Source: a virus (Duplodnaviria; Caudoviricetes). From it: a stretch of DNA of 60,313 nt. The translations under genes and the position numbers were made by a program. Positions 56,237-60,313 of the stretch are shown here, piece by piece. The stretch spans positions 1 to 60,313 of IMG/VR virus record IMGVR_UViG_3300006116_000003; one strand, given 5' to 3'. The first letter of the stretch is position 1. Each line of letters starts with the position of its first letter. Under the pieces are notes generated by a model that saw only the letters and a list, made by a program, of their open reading frames with translations, made no database searches and was not told where the DNA came from.

Positions 56237-56508
56237 GGGATCTCGCGGTGGACGTGCTCGACGAACCACTCGAGCGGGATCAGGCCTTGGTCGAAGGCCT
56301 TGAGGAGAAGGGCAGGGGCGCCCTTTACGCCCCTGACCCCCCAGTACGTGCCCTGCCGCTCCCCGCAGTCGCAAATCCAAGCCGCATCGATCACACGGAA
56401 GGAGTGGCGTTCGATGAGAGCCTTGAATTGCTTTGCGGTGAGCGTGACAGGGCGAGTGCCGCGCCGGCGAACCTTCCTCACCACCTTGGTTGAAGTGCTG
56501 CGGCGCAT
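56233..56508 (-). CDS. Putative HTH DNA-binding protein
   Basis: LTAKQFKAL...AAWICDCGERQ..YW; AGGAGG RBS. Confidence 0.6.
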   Translation of the reverse strand: MRRSTSTKVVRKVRRRGTRPVTLTAKQFKALIERHSFRVIDAAWICDCGERQGTYWGVRGVKGAPALLLKAFDQGLIPLEWFVEHVHREIP

Positions 56509-56518
56509 TGTGTCCTCC

Positions 56519-56689
56519 TTAGGCGGCGATGATGCCGCGGTTCACAAGATCTCGAGCTGCCCGGCCAAACCAGCCCTGCAGCTCATAGGCAAGGCCGGTA
56601 TCGTGCAGATGCTGCCACGCAGCGATCTGGGTTGCTTCGTCAGCTTCCTCGACGCCCTCAGCGATCATCACGGCGGTGAAATTGTCCAT
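56519..56689 (-). CDS. Conserved small phage protein
   Basis: AWQHLHDTGLAYELQGWFGR; 56 aa, not in the ORF track. Confidence 0.7.
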   Translation of the reverse strand: MDNFTAVMIAEGVEEADEATQIAAWQHLHDTGLAYELQGWFGRAARDLVNRGIIAA

Positions 56690-57045
56690 CAGAACTCTCC
56701 CAGTTCGATTACGTCATAGGTGTGGGGCTTGTCGTTTGGGCCTTGCGCAACCTGAATAGCGCACGTCGAGCAATTGACGATCACCATTCCGTTGTCCTGC
56801 CACTGGGCCTCTGCCAGCGTGCATTGATCCGGCGGAAGGATGCCGACAGACAGGCCGCCGGGCACCTTCTGGCAGCAAAAGCCGACGAAGCGGGCGCTGG
56901 CGCAGGAGGCGTCACCCCTGCGCATGGTAGGCGCTGCCTCCTTGAGCCAGTCCAGAACTGCGTAGCCGTGCCAGTGGAGGTAGACGCCGCAAGCAGTGCC
57001 ACGGGCGTCGTCGAAGCGGACGATAACGCGGTCTCTCATGATCAC
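56689..57045 (-). CDS. Hypothetical protein
   Basis: VYLHWHG motif; coupled. Confidence 0.65.
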   Translation of the reverse strand: MIMRDRVIVRFDDARGTACGVYLHWHGYAVLDWLKEAAPTMRRGDASCASARFVGFCCQKVPGGLSVGILPPDQCTLAEAQWQDNGMVIVNCSTCAIQVAQGPNDKPHTYDVIELGEF

Positions 57046-57332
57046 GCCTCCGCATCGCTGGAGGGGATCTCCACAAGCTCTACGGCGGGGACGGAGGGCT
57101 TGTCGCTGATGACTGCCTTCACGGCCTCGATCTCGGCCACGGTGGTGTCGAAGACCTTGTGGTAGCAGCGCGCGTTGTCTGCCCGACGCTCGGCGTCGTA
57201 GTCGTACTCGACGCGCTGCCCGAGGCAGAGCAGCTCGACAAGGCGCGAGGCCTTCTCGATGGTGTCGAAGGCGTAGCGGTTGTAGCCGACGTTCACGATG
57301 TACTGGGTCGAGGGGAAGGGGTGCTTGCTCAT
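57042..57332 (-). CDS. Hypothetical protein
   Basis: AGGAG RBS. Confidence 0.65.
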   Translation of the reverse strand: MSKHPFPSTQYIVNVGYNRYAFDTIEKASRLVELLCLGQRVEYDYDAERRADNARCYHKVFDTTVAEIEAVKAVISDKPSVPAVELVEIPSSDAEA

Positions 57333-57343
57333 GTCTGTATCTC

Positions 57344-57508
57344 CTAAGCTTTGACGATAATGAGGCGGTTGGAAAGAAGGGCGACGGTCAGGTTGATAGC
57401 GTTTTGGCGGGTGATGCCGATGTCGAGCAGCGGCTGGATGCGGGTCTCGATCTCGTCGGCGATGGCAAAGCCCATCGCCTTGAGTTCTGCGGGTGACTTC
57501 TTGCTCAT
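57344..57508 (-). CDS. Hypothetical protein
   Basis: 54 aa MSKKSPAELK..; TGATG coupling. Confidence 0.5.
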   Translation of the reverse strand: MSKKSPAELKAMGFAIADEIETRIQPLLDIGITRQNAINLTVALLSNRLIIVKA

Positions 57509-57732
57509 CAAAACGCTCCCATTGCTAAGTCTTCAGTCATTGAGACCAGACCGTCGAAATCTTCATTGGGTCCGAGAACATCGATCAGCGTCAGAACCAT
57601 CTCAAGATCGACGCCCGCGTTCTCAGCAAGGTCGGTTAAGTATTCGTAACGACTTTCGGCACCTTCTTCCTGATAGCGTTCCAAGGGGATCGTGCGTTCG
57701 CGATTGATGCGCTCGATGCTCTTATTGCTCAC
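57508..57732 (-). CDS. Conserved small phage protein
   Basis: SRYEYL..LAE..LGPNEDFDGLV. Confidence 0.7.
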   Translation of the reverse strand: MSNKSIERINRERTIPLERYQEEGAESRYEYLTDLAENAGVDLEMVLTLIDVLGPNEDFDGLVSMTEDLAMGAF

Positions 57733-57733
57733 G

Positions 57734-57880
57734 TCAGTTGCTCCCGGTTGTGAGGTTGAGGGCGGCGCGACACTGGTCGCAGGGGGCGCGCTTTTCGCTG
57801 TAGCAGAAGGCGTAGAGCTTGCCGCTGCGCTCGATGCAGGCTGCCCGCAGGGCTGGGGTCCACTCGCTGGTGGTGGTCAC
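57734..57880 (-). CDS. Small Cys-containing protein
   Basis: GAGGAG RBS, GTG start, 48 aa, 4 Cys. Confidence 0.45.
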   Translation of the reverse strand: MTTTSEWTPALRAACIERSGKLYAFCYSEKRAPCDQCRAALNLTTGSN

Positions 57881-57892
57881 GTCAGGATCTCC

Positions 57893-58225
57893 TCAGCGAG
57901 CGGTCTTGCGAGCCGCGATGCGGACGGTGGTGTAGCCGGCGACGGTCTTCTGGTTCTTGCTGAACCAGCGGCCATCGACGCCCAGCTCACGCAGCTTGGC
58001 TTCGGCAGCCTTGGGGTCGAGCGTGTCGCGGGCCGCGACAGTGACGACAGCGGCGCGGAACCACTCGCCGTCGAACTCGGTGCTGCCGGTGCTGGCAGCC
58101 TCGGCCTTGATCTGAGCGGTCAGCTCCTTCTCGAGAGCGGTCAGGTCGGCGATCTGCGCCTTGATCTCGCCGAGGCGGTCGATGATCGAGGCGGGCTTGA
58201 TGGTCGGGGCGAACTTGGTAGCCAT
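57893..58225 (-). CDS. Conserved phage protein
   Basis: IDRLGEIKAQIADL..FDGEWFRA; GGAG RBS. Confidence 0.7.
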   Translation of the reverse strand: MATKFAPTIKPASIIDRLGEIKAQIADLTALEKELTAQIKAEAASTGSTEFDGEWFRAAVVTVAARDTLDPKAAEAKLRELGVDGRWFSKNQKTVAGYTTVRIAARKTAR

Positions 58226-58272
58226 AGCGTCATCTCCAGATAAGGGGCGGGGCTGAGCCACCGCCCGAGTTC

Positions 58273-58300
58273 AATGTAAGTGCGTTCAGACAGATTTCAA
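58273..58300 (-). promoter_or_regulatory. Sigma70-like promoter
   Basis: TTGAAA-N16-TACATT on minus strand. Confidence 0.45.
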
Positions 58301-58307
58301 TACCAGC

Positions 58308-58520
58308 TCATGCAAAAATTTCGTTCACCGTCTCAGCGCCCTCCTTGAAGTAGACGTTGACGTAGCTGTGGTCGCTCTCGATCCGGACGATTTTGCCCCA
58401 GCGGTCGCTGCGGCTGATCTCCTTGGCGTACTCGCAGGCGTCAGCGTGCCAGCGGAACTTGGCGATCTCGAGCCACTGGGCGGGGTCGATGTTGTCTTCG
58501 ATGCAAACGGTGTGAAACAT
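58308..58520 (-). CDS. Hypothetical protein
   Basis: GGAGG RBS. Confidence 0.6.
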   Translation of the reverse strand: MFHTVCIEDNIDPAQWLEIAKFRWHADACEYAKEISRSDRWGKIVRIESDHSYVNVYFKEGAETVNEIFA

Positions 58521-58523
58521 GGC

Positions 58524-59015
58524 TCAAGCCTCCCCATCGATGCGCGCAAGGACGGCTTGGGCCTCAAGGACATCCTGCCAGTCGCCGGTTGCGTAATTGT
58601 CTTCGGTCAGCGACCACACGGCATCGAGCAGGCCAAGCATCTTGCGCAGCGACCCTAGCGTGGCGTGGGCCTCGTCGCGCACACGGCGGTCAGCCCTGCG
58701 CTTGGCATCGCGCTCCGCGCGCTCCTCAGCCTTGCGCGCAGCCTCCTGCTCCTCGAACCCGATGCCGTGCTTGGCAAGGTGGTGTTCGTACCGCTTGATG
58801 TAGCGGGCAGCCTGCAGGCGGGCAGCGCGGATCGAGTCGTAGCCGCGGGTGTTGTACGCGACTGCGCCGGTATCGATGCGTATGATCTCGCCGACGTAGT
58901 AGTCGTAGGCGCGAAGGTTGGACAGCGATATGCCCTCGGCCTCGCGCACCTTGACGATGTAGTTGGCTCCGTCGGTGCGGATGGGGGTGCTGGTCACGGT
59001 GGTCATGGCGCTCAC
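58524..59015 (-). CDS. Hypothetical protein
   Basis: Minus-strand block; start may be 59006. Confidence 0.65.
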   Translation of the reverse strand: MSAMTTVTSTPIRTDGANYIVKVREAEGISLSNLRAYDYYVGEIIRIDTGAVAYNTRGYDSIRAARLQAARYIKRYEHHLAKHGIGFEEQEAARKAEERAERDAKRRADRRVRDEAHATLGSLRKMLGLLDAVWSLTEDNYATGDWQDVLEAQAVLARIDGEA

Positions 59016-59032
59016 TCCGGTTGGAAGGGGGT

Positions 59033-59052
59033 GGCGGGGCCGAAGCCCCGCC
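59033..59052 (-). terminator. c(UUCG)g hairpin
   Basis: GGCGGGGC-TTCG-GCCCCGCC on minus strand. Confidence 0.55.
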
Positions 59053-59060
59053 GAGGCTGG

Positions 59061-59504
59061 TCAGAAGTTGTAGTCGTGGAAGGCGCGGCGACCAGCGTAG
59101 GCGTCGCCGCCCTGCTCGAAGGTCTTGGTGCCCGAACGCTTCCACTTGCGGCGCTCGTTGCCATCCTCGTCGGTCCAGCGGCGCAGGCTGATCTTGATCA
59201 CATGCCCGCAGGAGTTGCGCGTGTACTCGTAACGCTGGATCTCGGGGTTGACGCAGTTGGCGCAGAAACCGCCGGCTTCGAAGATCAGCTCGTCGCCGTT
59301 GACCAGCTTGGCGTGGTCGCCGCGCAGCGTGATCGTGGTCGGGGTCTTGGCTATGATGGTGTAGGCTTCGATGTCGGACCACACCGAGACGCTGACGCCG
59401 TCGCCGATGTCGAGGGCGCTGATGGCGTCGGCTGCGGCGTTGATCTCGGCGGTGCGCTCAGCGATCCACGGGCGGGCGAAGGTGGTGATGGCGTTCATGG
59501 TCAT
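59061..59504 (-). CDS. Conserved phage protein
   Basis: IGDGV...WSD..AYTII..GGF.A.C..GRR.FHDYNF. Confidence 0.75.
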   Translation of the reverse strand: MTMNAITTFARPWIAERTAEINAAADAISALDIGDGVSVSVWSDIEAYTIIAKTPTTITLRGDHAKLVNGDELIFEAGGFCANCVNPEIQRYEYTRNSCGHVIKISLRRWTDEDGNERRKWKRSGTKTFEQGGDAYAGRRAFHDYNF

Positions 59505-59541
59505 GTCTCCGGTCAGGTCAGGGTCGATGGTCAGGCGTGGA

Positions 59542-59799
59542 TCAGACGAAGTCTTCGAGCAGCAGGCAGGCTTCGCGCGCAGCCAGCCAGCACTTGTCGT
59601 CGATCAGCTTCTGGATCTGGCGGAACTGCTCGTACTCGGCGGTGCCAGCCTGCAGCTTGCGCTCACGGAGCTCGTCGTACAGGCGGTCGGAGAGAGCCGA
59701 CGTCAGGGCGCGGATGCAGAAGAGGGCTTCGCGGACGTCGCGCAGGGTTTCGAACTTGGCGTTGTTGGCGTTCTCGTAGGTGAAGGTCGCTTCGGTCAT
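59542..59799 (-). CDS. Hypothetical protein (first gene of minus-strand block)
   Basis: AGGAG RBS. Confidence 0.65.
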   Translation of the reverse strand: MTEATFTYENANNAKFETLRDVREALFCIRALTSALSDRLYDELRERKLQAGTAEYEQFRQIQKLIDDKCWLAAREACLLLEDFV

Positions 59800-60083
59800 G
59801 GTAGGCTCCTGTGCGCTGGGCGTTCCTCGCCCGGTGGCAAATCTATCTCATACCTCGACCCCGAAGTCAAACGATTCATGCAGCTCAGCACGCATTCATT
59901 GCGCTCGCCTGTCTGAAAGCTGCATGAGCGGAAGGGCTGTCGGTTGGTGGCCGCCCACTCAACATCAGCCTTAGATAGCCTTTTCTCGCCCCGGAAACGC
60001 GCCCTACAGCGCGAAGATCGATTGCCGTGGGGCTATGCTGCGGACGGCAGGCCGACGCGCTGTACGGGCCTCTGAGCCGCCCT

Positions 60084-60246
60084 GCCGCCGCGCCCTCCGC
60101 GCCTGCGTCCTCGAGCCTGACAGCCTGCGGCAGGCTGGCTCGAGGGCGCAGCTCCCCCAGCCGCCGCGCCCTCTGCGCCTGCGTCCTCGAGCCTGACAGC
60201 CTGCGGCAGGCTGGCTCGAGGACGCAGCTCCCCCAGCCACCGCGCC
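60084..60246. repeat. 76-bp tandem repeat (2 copies plus partial), each a long palindrome
   Basis: Units 60084-60159 and 60160-60235 differ at 2 nt. Confidence 0.9.
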
Positions 60247-60313
60247 GACGCGCCCGTCAGCCGCAGGCTGTCAGGCTCGACGGCGCGGCTGCCTCGTCAA
60301 GTATTGACGAGCG
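60194..60313. repeat. Terminal direct repeat, right copy
   Basis: Identical to 1-120. Confidence 0.95.

Overview
This window looks like a complete, circularly closed ~60.2-kb tailed-phage genome: bases 1-120 are identical to 60194-60313. It is GC-rich, has a podovirus-like gene order, and probably infects an alphaproteobacterium (GapR/DUF2312 gene). Layout: a palindrome-rich non-coding end region and RNA cluster (tRNA-Pro, a predicted hammerhead ribozyme, and an HNH + tRNA-Thr cassette inside the remnants of an older tRNA); terS, terL, portal; a 1557-aa polyvalent protein; basic internal proteins, GroES-like, scaffold, capsid; adaptor, fibres, nozzle; GNAT and two ejection proteins; a second fibre; lysis cassette; recombination and replication genes (SSB-like, PD-(D/E)XK, RuvC, Prim-Pol/AAA helicase); many small accessory ORFs; an iteron-like array; and a minus-strand early-type block. 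I saw no integrase, DNA polymerase, reverse transcriptase or CRISPR array. Most notable: (1) a type I hammerhead enclosed in a 21-bp helix just downstream of tRNA-Pro; (2) an HNH nuclease that appears to have broken a tRNA gene and supplied a recoded replacement; (3) about 35 [Y/F/R/K]-x-x-G-G motifs, often paired, that punctuate domain boundaries in six putative internal virion proteins; (4) twin fibre-adhesin cassettes sharing a 22-bp junction. All calls are by eye from motifs and synteny; no database searches were run.
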